Below, piece after piece: positions 1 to 13,008 of a DNA stretch of 64,000 bases (the first letter of the stretch is position 1; each line of letters starts with the position of its first letter). The stretch lies in the NCBI GenBank assembly GCA_964234715.1, contig OZ174282.1; one strand, written 5' to 3'. This stretch comes from Podarcis melisellensis (lineage: Eukaryota). The position numbers and the translations under genes were made by a program. The notes beneath the pieces were generated by a model that worked only from the letters and a program-made list of their open reading frames with translations, did not search any database and was not told the DNA's origin.

Positions 1-594
1 AGTTTTCATTTTATCCTCACAACTTCTCTGCCAAGTTGGTTAAGGTTTGAAAGGCAAGAGTCTCTTGCCTAAGGCTTACCCAGTGAGTGGCCTTTCATAA
101 CTCTCATTCTTCATTCAAACCTCACCCATGTTCAGATCTTGCCCCATTGTTTCCCATTTGCACTGCTTGGCTTAAAAAATAAAAGTTGTTTGATTTTATA
201 TTCTTTACAATCCCTTGTTTGTAAGAGTTTGGGGATGGGGAGAGAGAAAGGAGGAATGTCATAATTAAACTAAAGTGTGTGGAGAAAGCTTACAAGTGTA
301 TATGGAGCAGCATGATACACAAGCATAGAAAACTGAGTCTTATTCTAAGTTAGACCATTGGTGCATCTTGCTCATTACTGTCTGTTGGACAGTGACAAGA
401 GTTTCCTTACTGCATAGGTTTGGAATCAGTGGCCCATAATGTCTGCCAACCCCTTGAGGTCCTATTGCTTCTTGACATTCTCCATAAACTAATGGTGCTA
501 TTTGGGAAAATGTAAGCAATAAGTTGCAACATGATCAAGCTCCATTAGTGCTCTCTTTCTCTTTTTCTAATAACCATTGTGTTCTAAGTTGCTG

Positions 595-1255
595 TGGGGT
601 GAGGCGTTTGTGGCCCTAGGATCACATTCCCTCCTAGGGGCTATATGGCAGTGGTTAAGCAAGGCCAGAGTCAATAGTAAGCAGAGCAACAAAACATAGA
701 TGTTACCTTTTTACATTAGGTTGGTTTCTACACTTGCACTTGCCTCTCTGTCCTCCATCCATGCAAGCAGGAAATCTTATCAGAGTTCAAGGATACATTC
801 TAGCCAGGTGAAAACACAGGAGAGTGTGAAGCAAGATAAGTGAGGGGTATGGGACGCAGGTGGCGCTGTGGGTTAAACCACAGAGCCTAGGACTTGCCGA
901 TCAGAAGGTTGGCGGTTCGAATCCCTGCGATGGGGTGAGCTTCCGTAGCTCGGTCCCTGCTCCTGCCAACCCAACCTAGCAGTTCAAAAGCACGTCAAAG
1001 CGGGAAGGTTAACACCGTTTCCGTGTGCTGCTCTGGTTCGCCAGAAGTGGCTTAGTCATGCTGGCCACATGACCCAGAAGCTGTATGCCAGCTCCCTCGG
1101 CCAATAAAGCGAGATGAGCGCCACAACCCCAAAGTTGGTCACGACTGGACCTTAATGGTCAGGGTTCCCTTTAACTTTTTATGGCCTGGGAAGAATCTCA
1201 AGGGCCAGATAGACAGGGCTAGAGGGTGCAATTTGGCCTGGGTTTCCCAGGCCTG
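595..1255 (+). mobile_element. Degenerate hAT-like non-autonomous element, interrupted by a Sauria SINE
   Basis: Shares blocks (cagagttcaaggatacattc...; tggcctggg...agggccagatag) with copies at ~38780-39100, ~40259-40795 and ~51395-51670; boundaries approximate. Confidence 0.5.
851..1180 (+). mobile_element. Sauria SINE, full length
   Basis: Head gggacgcaggtggcgctgtgggttaaacc, B-box-like ggttcgaatccc, typical body, degenerate ccctttaactttt tail; highly similar to the copy at 30735. Confidence 0.92.
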
Positions 1256-1716
1256 ATTTAGGAACTACAGTACTATGCATCCTGGTGTGTCAGTGCAATC
1301 AGATCATGCAATTTAATCCTGAAGGTGCAATTTTTAACCCAGACATTGGGCAAACCTTCACAGTCAGTTCTTGTTTTTTCTGTTTTTCCAAGCTTATTAT
1401 TAGCACTTGCAGCCACATGTGGGATTCACAAAATACTTACAGCTGAGGTCCTAATGAGGGTTAAAAAAATGAACCACTGGTTTGCAAAGACTGTAAGAGG
1501 CCTATGCAGTGAGGCTCTGCTGTTAAGGCAGTCTTGAGCAAAAGTTGTGGGTTGGGGTTTTTTTGTGTGTGTCTGTGTGTGTTGTGTTTTATACTATATT
1601 AAGGGGCAATGTTGAGACAATGCTGTGGCTGAAAATGAAAAGAGCAGGTAGGTGGAAGTGAGAGGAACATAATTAGAAAATCTGGCAGCCACTAGGCAAC
1701 CTGTTTTAAGGAAGGG

Positions 1717-1739
1717 AGAAAGAGAGAGAGAGAGAGAGA
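1717..1739. repeat. (GA)n microsatellite
   Basis: Direct reading. Confidence 0.85.
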
Positions 1740-2115
1740 TAAAAGGATGTAATTAAATTTGTTAGCAAAATAAAGACAGACAATGTTTCTTTTGTTGTCT
1801 TTAGGGTTTGTTAACCTCCCAAATGTGTGTGCGCGCACTTGTGTGTGTTTAAAGTATCACAGAATGTAGCGACACACATGCACCAACTACCTTCAATGAA
1901 GTTGCCTTTTTGAAACCTTTACTTAAAAGACAAGAACATGTTCCCTGTTGTGCTATTCTGTGTAAAGTCTTGTTATGCTCAGGATGATCTAGTGGAACTT
2001 TTGTTTTGAATATAAAATAGTAGTTCTGGGGATCACAAAACAATTGAACTTGGCCCAAAATATGTCCCTTAGGAAGTGCATGGCGTGTCCATTCTTCATT
2101 CTTTTGCCATTCCAG

Positions 2116-2226
2116 AGGCAACAGAAGGCTGTAGGAGGAACTGGGAGCCCTGCTCCTGGGACTTGCAGACCTGTCTTTGCCTCCTTCTTAAAAATGGCCT
2201 TCTGGCAAAATAAGTTACTGACTAAG
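2116..2226 (+). other. Candidate 111-nt internal or 5'UTR exon
   Basis: attcttcattcttttgccattccAG|AGG ... AAG|GTaagc; open in phase 0 and contains AAAATGG; no protein recognised. Confidence 0.25.
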
Positions 2227-2889
2227 GTAAGCAGGCAATTGTTAGGCTTGTTGTAAAATAAGTAAGAGTTGGCAAGGAACCTACATCTCCCACCCAGCCA
2301 TCATTAGGTAGTTTAGTTTTCTTGAGCAGCAACTGAAAGGGAGAAAGGGCAAAATGCTGTTTGAAAGCAAAATATTGGCTGTGCCTAATAATGAAAATGA
2401 ATCTGGCAGGCGCCATAATAAAATGTATTGGAGATTTTATCCCACCATCCTCCCAAAAAATTCTCCTGCATAGCTTTAATTAACAAAAGTCACTGTTTTC
2501 CCCTTCTCTGGTGTTAACTTATTTATAGGCCAACCTGCATGTTAAAATCAGTAAATAACTTCCTGTGAATGTTTTTAATAAGGATTTTGAAGAGTATCAG
2601 ACTCTCTGGCACTGTTTTGATATGTTCATGTGGTTTTCATTTAGTGCAAGGACCTGAATTACATAAGCATAGTCAATAAAGCAGGATATAGCAAGCCCTT
2701 CTGTTGTCCAGATGTTAGATGGGATAAAAAACAAGAAAGATGAGATAAAAAAACAAGAAAAAACCCCCAGCAACAAACAAACACAACAACAAAACAGAAA
2801 TTATGGTGTGGAGTTAACCCCATTTATGCTGAAAAAGAACCAACTTCAGTAATGCCTCCCTCCCTTGTCACCTGGTGGTAATTCTAACA

Positions 2890-3012
2890 GGGGAAGGGAC
2901 CGTAGCACAGTCATAGGGCATCTGCCTGAAACCCTGGTGCTGCCAGTTTGTGAAGACATTACTAGATGGACCAATGGTCTGATTTAATATAAGACAGCTT
3001 CCTGTGTTCCTA
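2890..3012 (+). mobile_element. tRNA-derived SINE with CR1-like tail, internally deleted
   Basis: gggaagggaccgtagc... head and ctagatggaccaatggtctga...cagcttcctgtgttcct tail shared with many copies in the window. Confidence 0.7.
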
Positions 3013-4565
3013 ACTGGCCAAGGGTAATCAACTAAAGAGACTGTTTACAAGCATGTGTAATCATTTGGTTGTAAGCAATTCATGTTTCTGAATAATGCAA
3101 GCAAATGTAGTGGTCTGAAGATGCTTGGGGATATTTCCACAGTAGGAGAAATGGTCTTTGTTTTGCTTTGCTGAGAGATAGAGCTAAAGACTGTATGTGG
3201 GGGTTTTCCCCTGCTCATGATGTGTGAGGGATGTGTACACACAGAGTAGAGTTTGGTAGCGGAAGAGCCTGACATTTGGGACAGCATTCCTCCATGCTGA
3301 TAACCTGATCAAAATCTTTCTGTGGCAGGGCACTGCCAGGGACACACAGCATGCATTACAGCACCTCTGTCCAAGTGTAACACGGTTTTGGAAGCCTTTC
3401 AAAGAAAAAGGTGCGCAGATGTGTCCTTCATTGCTAGACAGTCACATGGTTGATCCAGTGCTGCTTTGAGATATAGGAAGCTCAGTGGACACAATGAACT
3501 GAGCATTTGTGCATCTCGAGTATTTGGAGAGAAGCTGGCAGGCCCCCTTTCCCTCTCAGTGGGAGTTGCACGAAACTCAATGCAAGTTGCTCAGGTGATA
3601 CATTGAAAGCAAAGGGGAGACATAGAAAATCCCAATACTGAAATACATCAACCAACTCCCACATGTCCTAGTGTCATATTTACGTGCTAAGAAGACGACA
3701 TGGGTTTAAATTGTCTTCATCTTAGCTGTCTCAGCTCTCCACTCCCCTGCCTCCAGTAGTCTTCTGAAAGACTGTGTCAAGTCTGGGTGGTTATTTCTTT
3801 GTTGTTATCCTTCTCTCTCTCCCCCCCCCCCAGTTATTAAAAAGGCAAGGAATGGGTTAATTAGGTACCACTCAGAGCAATTGGGTGTAACTACCCTTCT
3901 TGATCACTATTCAAGACAGAAGCTGAGGCCAGTTTGGATTGTAAACAACAACATCGACCTCTTCCCCCCTACCCCATAGGGGGGCAGACTAAACTTTATG
4001 GCTTGTTGGTATGTTTGTGTGAGGAGGAAGAAAGGGGAGGCCTACAATCAAGCATGCTGTAAATCATCAGTGTGGTTGGTGCTGGGGGAGGTCCTCCTGG
4101 GTGGGGAAAGAGAGGTGATTGGGGGGGGGGAGGTGGGAGAATTCTAAGGTAATGAGATGATAAGCTTTGGAGAGGGGTTGCTATACAATGGCCACAAGAA
4201 AAAAGAGAACTAAAATATAGCAAAAAGTAAATAAGAATGAATTAGATAGCTGACATAGCCCTGAGTCAGACATACTCAAGAGAAAGGAATTGTAGTTGGA
4301 TGGTTAGAGGTTTGCTTGTTTCCTGAACTGGGATGACGCATACAAAAGGCTTCACATTTCCTGCAGAAAGAATCCACATTGTGGAAGGCTTTAGGGGATA
4401 TTTTTTAAGGGGGAGGAATGGGTTTTTTTGGACTGGGTTTATTTGAGCAGTTCGTTCTGAGGTTTGGTTTTGGAGCAATTTTTGCTTTTCTGCTGAAGGA
4501 GTCTTTCAGGGTTTCTTCTTAGGAACAGTCTGTAACTCAGTGGTCACATCATTTGCAAGTTCCCT

Positions 4566-4928
4566 AGAACTCATGGGAATCCAATGCAGCTGAATGTTGG
4601 AAGACTCTGGACAGATAAAGTATTTCCTCACACAGCACATAGTTAAACTATGGAACTTGCTCCCATAGGAGGAAGTGATGGTCACTGACCTGGATGACTT
4701 TAAAAGAGAGTTGGACAAATTCATGGCTACTGGCTATGTTCTGCCTCCACAGTTGGAGACAGTAATGCTTCTGAATACAAGCTGCTGGAAATTGCAGGAG
4801 GAGGGGAGTGTTCTTGTGCTTGGGTCTCACTTGCAAGTTTCCCACAGGCATATGGTTGGCCATTGTGAGAACACGATGCCAGATTAGATGGGACACTGGC
4901 CTGATTCAGCAGGCTCTTCTTATGTCCT
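4566..4928 (+). mobile_element. CR1 LINE 3' fragment
   Basis: Degenerate CR1 ORF2 C-terminus (KYFLTQHIVKLWNLLP*EEVMVTDLDDFKRELDKFM) followed by a CR1 3'UTR ending ctcttcttatgtcct. Confidence 0.85.
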
Positions 4929-4931
4929 TCT

Positions 4932-5072
4932 GTCCCCAGGTTCAGTCCCCAGCATCTCCAAGTAATGCTGGGTATGTCCTCTGCCTGAAACCCCGGAGAG
5001 CTGCTGCCAGTCTCTGCAGACAATACTAAACTACATGGACCAATGGTCTGACTCAGTATAACGCAGCTCCTT
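4932..5072 (+). mobile_element. tRNA-derived SINE with CR1-like tail, 5' truncated
   Basis: ccaggttcagtccccagcatctcca...ctgaaaccccggagagctgctgccagtc...ggaccaatggtctgactcagtataa. Confidence 0.75.
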
Positions 5073-5497
5073 AGTGCAGTGCTTTAAAAAAATAGCAGAA
5101 TGTATGGGACCTTTATTGCACCATGGCTTATAATGTTATTGTCAGTAAAGTTACTGTGCTTTATGTTTTCCTCTTCAGGCAGTAAGTTCATAATTTTGAT
5201 CAGGAATTTTTTTAGGCTTTTAAGGAAAATTAGAGGACCAATTTGCATGCTTGCTGAAAATGAAGATTCTTCAGTGTTAGGCTGTTGTAAGTGAGATCTG
5301 TATTTTCAAAGTATAGTCCTGTCTTTTGGAATGCTACCTTAATATATCAAATCAGACTATAGGTCTATATCATTATCTGCCCAATTAGCTGTGATTTGTT
5401 TTCTCTGTTAATCATTTTTAGTATGTATTTTTATCGTTGCAAACTGCTTTGGCATTTCTTTTAATGGAAGAAGTAATTCTAATACATAAATAATATA

Positions 5498-5628
5498 CCA
5501 GCCTTCCCCAAAGTGGTGCCCTCCAGATATTGAACTAAAGCTCCCAGCAGCCCCAGCCAGTATGGCCAACAGTCATGACTGGAGTTATAATCCAAAATAT
5601 CTGCAAGGTACCAGGTTGAGAAAAGCTG
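5498..5628. mobile_element. Short hAT-like palindromic MITE (ccagatgttgttggactaca family)
   Basis: cagccttcccca...ctccagatattgaacta...ggagttataatccaaaatatctg...gagaaaagctg; imperfect inverted symmetry; related copies elsewhere in the window. Confidence 0.6.
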
Positions 5629-6764
5629 ATCTGCATGGACTCTCAGTGGTTCTCAGGGTTTCAGATAGGGGCCTTTCCTAGCTCTGCCTGGAGATGCTGG
5701 ACTTTAGAATCTTTGCATTTTTGCATATACTACTTCAAGACTGTTACCAAGTGAATAAGAATCATTATTGTTTGCTTCCAAGCTTGAATGTGAAATCTCT
5801 CAACTGGAGATTTCTAATCAGATTGGCACACTGTTGTTGGATTAAAAACCCAAGGTGGTGGCTGCCTTATTTGGAAGGCTTTGTGTACCAGGTTGGGAAT
5901 GGGTGGCTTGGTGGGAAGAAGAGAAGACCGCAAGTTCCTGGCTTTATGTGGGGGTCAGACGGTCAGCAAGGATGATAGAAGGCTTGCAGTTGGCTAGGGT
6001 CTGCCATCTGGCAATCATAAAACCGGCAGTACACATTTTAAAGAGGAGGAATGGCAAGGGAACAAGCTGCAGACAGTTGTCTTAAGATCCCGCCCCTTAA
6101 GCAGACACCTTTTTTAGAACTCATTTTCTCTTTGCTAGCTGGGGTGTCTGCACTGAGGGTCAAAAGTTCGCACTGTCCAGATATATTCTCTCTCTCTCCC
6201 CCCTTCCTACCTCTGTGGACAAACTTTTCCCACCCAGCCTGCAAGATAGGAACTGCAATAAGGGGGCAAAAGAATGCAGGAGAATCTGACTTCTCTAAAC
6301 CAGCCACTCCTTCCTTCCCACATAGATGGAGGAAAGATCTGATTGAGGCGATGGAGGAAAGATCTGATTGTTAGAAGTAGTTGGGAGAACAGACAAATTT
6401 CAAATGTAGCCTGAACATTTGAGAATGCTCTGGTTAGCCAAACTGGTGAAGGCACCCTCCAAAAACAATAAGCTGGCATGTTCGCCCTTTATCCATATTG
6501 TTTATGGACTGTCCCTCCCTGTTTTGTGTGCAGTCTGTTCACCTCCCCTCCACAGCAGTGTTTCCTGTAAGCCAGGTTTGAAGAATATGGCCTCCTTTGT
6601 GAGGCTTCCACTTCAACCCCATCCAGGGGATTTATGGATTCAATCAGAATACTCTCTGCCCTATAATACTCCTTAATATCAGAATGCAGCATTTCTCTTG
6701 CATATTAACAGTTTAATAAACTACCTGCACAAAGCTGTCCGTCAGGGACTCAACAATTGCACTA

Positions 6765-6987
6765 CAGTGGTACCTGTGGTTACGTACTTAATTCGTTCCA
6801 GAGGTCCGTTCTTAACCTGAAACTATTCTTAACCTGAAGCACCACTTTAGCTAATGGGGCCTCCCGCTGCCGCCACAACGCCGCACAATTTTTGTTCTCA
6901 TCCTGAAGCAAAGTTCTTAACCCGAGGTACTATTTCTGGGTTAGCGGAGTCTGTAACCTGAAGCGTGTGTAACCCAAGGTACCACTG
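6765..6987 (+). mobile_element. Tc1/mariner (Tigger/pogo-like) MITE, copy 1
   Basis: TA|cagtggtacct...aggtaccactg|TA TIRs with TA TSD; same internal sequence as four other copies. Confidence 0.92.
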
Positions 6988-7427
6988 TACTGGCTTCTCA
7001 GAATGTTGCAAGGTGTGAGGAGGGTTGGGATTTTATAGATTTTGCCATTTTGATAATTCTCTTTGTTACCATTTTGGATCCTTGTCTTGCATCCTGCAAG
7101 GGCGAAATTCAGCCAGCAGGCCTCTATATCCAGGTCTCCCAAGCCGCTTTCCCTCCCATTGCTCCCATCCCTCTGAACAGCTGTTGGTTGCCTCCCAGTC
7201 AAGGCAGCCATTTTTCTCAAATGTGTAGACACAAGGTGAGTGCCCATGAGTAAACTTGGCATTGGGACACCAACAGCTACAAGGGAGAAACACCAGCTGG
7301 CAGATAGGGACATTCTGAATATTTCAGGGATCAAAAATTCTGTACTTTATGTCAGATTCTGTGCTGGATGTGTGAATCGACAAGAGTGACATTCTGTCCA
7401 ACCCTTCTGCAAAACAACTTTTTGGGA

Positions 7428-7595
7428 ATGCAGGAAGCTGCCTTATACTGAACAAAAACATTGGTCTGCCTAGCTCAGCATTGTCTACAGTGACTATCAG
7501 CAGTTCACCATGTTTTTTCAGAAAGAGGTCTCATTCAGCCCTACCTGGATTGAACCTGGGACCTCCTGCGTGCAAAGCAGATGCTCTACCACTGT
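7428..7595 (-). mobile_element. tRNA-derived SINE with CR1-like tail
   Basis: aggaagctgccttatactg...ctagctcagcattgtctaca...ggattgaacctgggacctcctgcgtgcaaagcagatgctctaccactg, reverse complement of the family. Confidence 0.8.
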
Positions 7596-8423
7596 GCCAC
7601 ACCCACGAGCCTTCTTCATTTCCCCATATTACAGCCAGTCTGTCTTCATGCTTCAGTTATGTATTGTATTGGGTTTTAAAAAATGCCCTATTCAGGGGAA
7701 TTGTTCTCCCTCACCCCTTTTACATTTGTGTAAGGACAAACCAGCTTCTCAAGCAAAGATAACGTGTAAAGCTGGAATAAAATAATGAGACTCAAGGTGT
7801 GATTATTTTATTGCAGTTGCAACATGTAGTCAAACCCAGGTATATTGGCTATATGTATTTGGTAAGCTGTTTTCCTTTGCAGATGCTGCACCTCCAGTGT
7901 AACAGTTCCATTCTGGAATGCAGCACTGCACATCTGTTCTACATTACTGCAGAGCTCTGTCATAAACGCCCAGAGAGCTACCTTGGCTTTTTATGTTGAA
8001 ATGTTTGTATTACACAAATACCCCGTTGCCAAGCAATCTTTATTAAAAGAGCCAGTTTATGCTCCCTGCATTATAATAGAGAGGTTGGGGGGGCCTCAGA
8101 AGGTCATATATGTAACACATCTGCAGCTCAAGTTCCTAGTCTCCAAGGGTGTGAGCTGTAGCTGTACTGGATGAAAGGTAGATGCCACTTTAGTCTTTGA
8201 CTGAATTAAACTTTTAAAAATCCCATACTGTTCTTCATAGTTCTGGTTATTTTACTGGAAGGGGTGGAGTGTGAGGAAACACAATGTACAATATTTTAAA
8301 AATCAAAACAAATGTAGGCTTCTTAGAGATTGCAACTGTTGCCATTCTTCCAGATGAATTTTCCCACCAAGAAAGGGTTGCCATCTTTTCTTTTTACTAT
8401 CTCTGATCCTTTATCTTTAACGG

Positions 8424-8433
8424 CATTATTATT

Positions 8434-8473
<40 letters not shown>

Positions 8474-8496
8474 TATTATCATCATCATCATCATCA
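8424..8496. repeat. Compound (ATT)n(TTG)n(ATC)n microsatellite
   Basis: Direct reading. Confidence 0.9.
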
Positions 8497-8607
8497 TGTG
8501 CTTTCTTGGAGAAAATAACTTCATCAGCTAAATGGGAACAGGACCCATAAATACTTAGTAAACTCTACATCAAGAGGACTAGAAAATAACTGGGTTTGCT
8601 TGTTTAA

Positions 8608-8794
8608 GGGAAGGACTGTAGTTTAGTGGTAGATCATCTGCTTTGCAAGAAGGCCCCAGGTTCAGTCCCTGACCTCCCATGATAGGGCTAGGAAAGGACT
8701 CCTGTTTGAAACCCCAGAGTGCTGCTGTCTGTCATAATACTGAATGATATGGACCAAGGGTCTGACTGTGTAGAAAGGAGCTTGCTATGTTCCT
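8608..8794 (+). mobile_element. tRNA-derived SINE with CR1-like tail, near full length
   Basis: gggaaggactgtagtttagtggtagatcatctgctttgc (A-box) ... ccaggttcagtccc (B-box) ... agcttgctatgttcct. Confidence 0.8.
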
Positions 8795-8832
8795 TTGTCT
8801 TTTTAAAGAGAAAAATGTAAAGGCACTAGGAC

Positions 8833-9132
8833 TGGCAGCCTATATCCTGGTATTGTCCCATTGGAATCAGTAGGGTGGACCTACGGTTAGTCCTACTCTG
8901 AGAAGACACATAGAAATTAATGTGCATGACTAACTTATGCCCATTAATTTCAGTGAGAAATAAGATCACCTTGGCCTATCTCCCCACAAAAAGGAGATAA
9001 AGAAGCTACTATATATAGTGGGATATAGTCAATGTTTGTCCTCCAAAGTTAGACACACTGATGCTAAGGACAAACTTAGGTCCATTAATTTCAGTGGGTC
9101 CATTTTGAGATGATCTTAGCTGGATCTAGCCC
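8833..9132. mobile_element. Two adjacent copies of a short palindromic MITE (tagtcctactc.gagtagaccc...gaaattaat family)
   Basis: Core gaaattaat...gactaactta.g.ccattaatttcagtgg recurs at ~15634, 26030, 43763, 53240, 57920, 61200 and 61400. Confidence 0.6.
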
Positions 9133-10340
9133 ATTGCTTGTTTTGCTGTGGGGTTGATTTTTTTTTAAACATAGTTTGGGATCATGGACCAGAACTTTTT
9201 GAACCTTCTCTGTAAAATTCACAGTTCTAAGCTGGTTTTCATTATGACGTTGGCTTATCCCCTTAATGACATACTATGGCTTTGCATTACGTGCAGACCA
9301 GGCCCGCACAAAATAGTGATTCATTTAGAATTCTGGAGGAAGCCATGGTAGTTTCATAAATGAGTATAAACTTATACAGGTTTGTAGTGAAGATACTCCC
9401 TGCTGCTTCTCCTCCCCCACTTCAGTGAGAGCCAAGGTAGAAATTTTGGGAGAACTAGCTTGTGTGCTTACATTATCAGTTCCTTAAGCCTAGAGATAAA
9501 TATTTTGCTCTTTCAGCTGCTTTCTTTTCTTTTTAAAGTAAAGGGCGTTTCTCACACCACTGCAGAATCTTAGCAAGAGACATCAAAGCTTGTATGGCAG
9601 GAAAAGGAAGAAGGCTGGCTGGCTAAGCTTTTTTAGCATTGTGTCAGTCGCAACTGTCTATCGGAAACCACAAAAAAAGAAGCTGTGCCTTAATCTGTGT
9701 AGACCTGCAGTCACAACATGCCTTGTGCTTGTCCAAGAGGCCACTTCCTATCCAGCAGTATCCTTCTGTCCTCCCAAATGGCTACTTCCTCTTTTCAACT
9801 TCACTGGTGCAGTTCTGCTTCCGCCCCGAAGCATGTTGCTCCTCTGCTGTGCAGTCGGGACTTTCAAGCTTGGCAGCTCCTTTGCTTGCAGAAGTGAGTT
9901 CCTCTTAGGTCACGGCGTAAAGTGCATTTGCATGGGTTTGGCAAGGTGGAGGGAACGCCAATGCATCAAACCCAGTTGGCAAGAGGCCCTCTGGACGCTG
10001 TTTTAATTAGAAGCACCGTGAAAACTCCCTTTTGTGGTTTCACTTCTCAGGGCCAGAGTTGTGGGAAATGTTTTCTCCAGGTTCCAGCTGCCCTGGCTCT
10101 TTCAGGTGCATGTTCTGGCTCTTCAGATCCAGGTGAGCCTAGGTGGGGAAGGAACAAGCAAGATAGCTCAGCCTTCCAGGTGTACCTGCCTCTGCCTGTG
10201 TTCCAAAAGAGGGCAAGGTTGGGTAGGGAGCGTAGGTGCGGCCTAGATTTGGTACAAGAAGATATGTGTACTGAAATTCTCTGGCCTGTGGTTACAAAGC
10301 ACATACGCACACTTGCTAAGGAGTCAGGCAGACAAGGAAG

Positions 10341-10605
10341 CATAAGAACAGGCCAAAACCTGATATTCTCCTACATCCTGTTTTCACAGTGGCCAACCAT
10401 ATGAGCTCTGGTAGATCAGGTTAAAGTCCTATCTAGTCCAGCACTCAGTTCTCACAGTGGCCAACCAGATGCCTATGGGACACCTGCAAGCAGGATCTTA
10501 GTGCAACAGCATTCTCCCCGCTTGTGAATTCCCAGCAACTGGTATTCAGAGGCATTTGCTGTCTAACAGTGGAAGCAGAACATGGCAATCTTTGCTAGCA
10601 GCCAA
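10341..10605 (-). mobile_element. CR1 3'UTR fragments
   Basis: cataagaac... tail, tcacagtggccaacca twice, cctgcaagcagga...cccagcaactggtattcagaggca; reverse complement of the 3'UTR at 4740-4928. Confidence 0.75.
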
Positions 10606-11201
10606 TATCTGCAGGGCCACAGTTTCACCATTGCCTGCTTTTGAAACATCCCTCACCCAGTGTGCTCACTGTCTACAGTCCCATCACAAACAACAGAGGA
10701 AAATCAAATGAAGGCAGGTTAAAGACGGGAAACAATATGCCTTCAAAGGGGGGAGGGTGTTCCTGAGTAGCGTCACCTCGTTATTCTCACTGCTATTGGT
10801 CTAAAGTGCCCTAGTGCTTAGGAGGAGGAGGCAAGTCAAGCAGCAGCTGCTTCTTTGTACTCACTTGGAAAGGGCAGGCGAACAGGCAAGGAGGATTTAG
10901 GAGTCTCCGGAGGGCAGGCAGGGGGTTAGCTGTGGGCTCCAGTAGATGACTGATGATGCCAGTCCCTGGTTCACCTTCTTGTGGTGAATTTTATTTCCTG
11001 TCCCTCTGACTCTTTTGACCATCTGCCCCCAATAGGCATACATTCCCCCCTTCCAGGTTCAGTTCTCCCACCCATGCCACTTCCGCCACCCCCTCTCACT
11101 CATTAGTTCAGCTCCATTTTAAGCTTCTTCCTGGGAAGACTGCCAGAAGGTGCATGAGCAGACAGATATGCTTCAAGCATAGTAGATGGACTTTGCGATG
11201 A

Positions 11202-11204
<3 letters not shown>

Positions 11205-11237
<33 letters not shown>
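11205..11237. repeat. (TG)n microsatellite
   Basis: Direct reading. Confidence 0.95.
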
Positions 11238-11239
<2 letters not shown>

Positions 11240-11391
11240 TTGGAATGGCCAGGATCCAGGTTTCCAAGAGCCCACCTGCATCCTCAGTGCTGCATGGCAA
11301 ATTGCTTTGGAGATTTGCTGCATAATCCTTTGTATACTTGGTTGCAAGTCTCACTATTTTCAACAAAGATTTGCTCCCTTAGTGTTTCAGG

Positions 11392-11626
11392 GCTGCAAAT
11401 AAAGAGGTACTATTGTGTCGGGAAGGTAAACAGCGTTTCCTTGCACTCTGGTACTCAACACGGTGTCCCGTTGCACCAGAAGCGGTTTAGTTATGCTGGC
11501 CACATAACCCGGAAAGCTGTCTGTGTACAAATGCCAGCTCCCTTGGCCTGAAGCGATATGAGCACTGTACCCCATAGTCACCTTTGACTGGACTTAACCA
11601 TCCAGGGGTACTTTACCTTTACCTTT
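11392..11626 (+). mobile_element. Sauria SINE, 5' truncated
   Basis: cgggaaggtaaacagcgtttcc...gctggccacataacccggaaagctgtc...ggggtactttacctttaccttt tail. Confidence 0.88.
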
Positions 11627-11742
11627 TCTCACCTAGTTTGCATGCGTTTGTCTCATGAAGTTCTGTTTTGTAATTTGGGTTATATAGATAAAATTAAATA
11701 AAAATACATTTTATAAAAATAGATTAGTCTTCTGACTTCCTT

Positions 11743-11744
<2 letters not shown>

Positions 11745-11777
<33 letters not shown>

Positions 11778-11824
11778 TGCACTCTCGCTCTCTCTCACAC
11801 ACACATACACAGTCACACATACAC
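11745..11824. repeat. (CA)n microsatellite with degenerate extension
   Basis: Direct reading. Confidence 0.9.
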
Positions 11825-12827
11825 AGTGTGGCCAATGTGGCTACTGTAGGCAGTAAGATTCTTGTCAAAGATTACAGTCTGTCAGTGGCATTTGTGGTGA
11901 AGATGCACTATATTATAGTTGCACCCTTAAAAACTGTGAGCATCTGTGTCTCATCCAGTGGGTTCCCTTTCTCTTTAAAACATAAAGAGGAAGTAAGGAT
12001 GCCTACTGTGGTTATTTTTCCCAGCACCCCATGCATGACAACTGGGCTGAGCCCTGCTTCTCTCAGGGCTATTTAACAGCCCCATTGATATTCAAAGTGC
12101 ATGGCTCCATTTGACTGATCTGGGCCAAAAGACCCACTGATGGTTCTTCCTCACAAGAAAAAGACAAGCTGATTCCTGCTCTTCACAACATTGCACATTC
12201 TCTTTATTTTTCAAAACCAAGCCAGGTGACTTCCTGATTCCTTTCTGATGTTGGGCTTGAAGGCTGCTGTTATTCAAAACTTCTCCCCTTATTCCTTTGC
12301 AAGACAACAGGCTATTGATGGCTTGAATTGGTCAAAAACCAAATCATCCCCTCTCCTGTGATACATATAACTAAATGGTTCTATAGCCAGAAGGCTAAGT
12401 GTTGCACCTCCCTTTTCTTCTTATTATGTTGTTAATAAAACCTTGAAAGTGTGATACCTTCTCATTTCTCAGTACCACTGTCTTGCCACAGAGAGATTAA
12501 TTCATTCATGCCTAGTGTTATCAGTGCTGATAATAAGATGAAAGCTTAGGGTTTCCAGGACTGCTTTGTTTCAAAGCATGGATATGACTGGTCTCCACAG
12601 TATGACGGAGCTCTTCCAAAACCTAGTTAATTAAATGATATCATTGTGGCACCCAAACTCAATTTTGCTAAATCCTTCTCCCCAATATGAACTGGTATGA
12701 ATCTTTTTAGTGGCTGCCACATGATCCACATGTAGATGCATTTCTTCGTGCTCTTGCTTTCCTTACATCCCTCAACTTTTAGTTTACAATAAAACTTGGG
12801 AGCTGAGATAAGGCAGAAACCATAGGT

Positions 12828-13008
12828 ACATAGGAAGCTGCATTATAATTAGTCAAGCCACTGGTCCATCTAGCTTAGTCTTGTCTGGGATGATTTGTAG
12901 CCGCTCTCCAGAGTTTTAGGCAGGGGACATTCCCAGCTCTTCCTGAATATGCTGGAGTTTGAACCACACACCTTATGCATACAAAGCTGACGCTACCATT
13001 GAGCTACG
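12828..13008 (-). mobile_element. tRNA-derived SINE with CR1-like tail
   Basis: acataggaagctgcattata...ctggtccatctagct...accattgagctacg. Confidence 0.75.

Noticed and set aside
8330-8518. Poly-Leu/poly-His ORF resembling a signal or TM peptide
   Set aside because: Translation of the (TTG)n(ATC)n microsatellite
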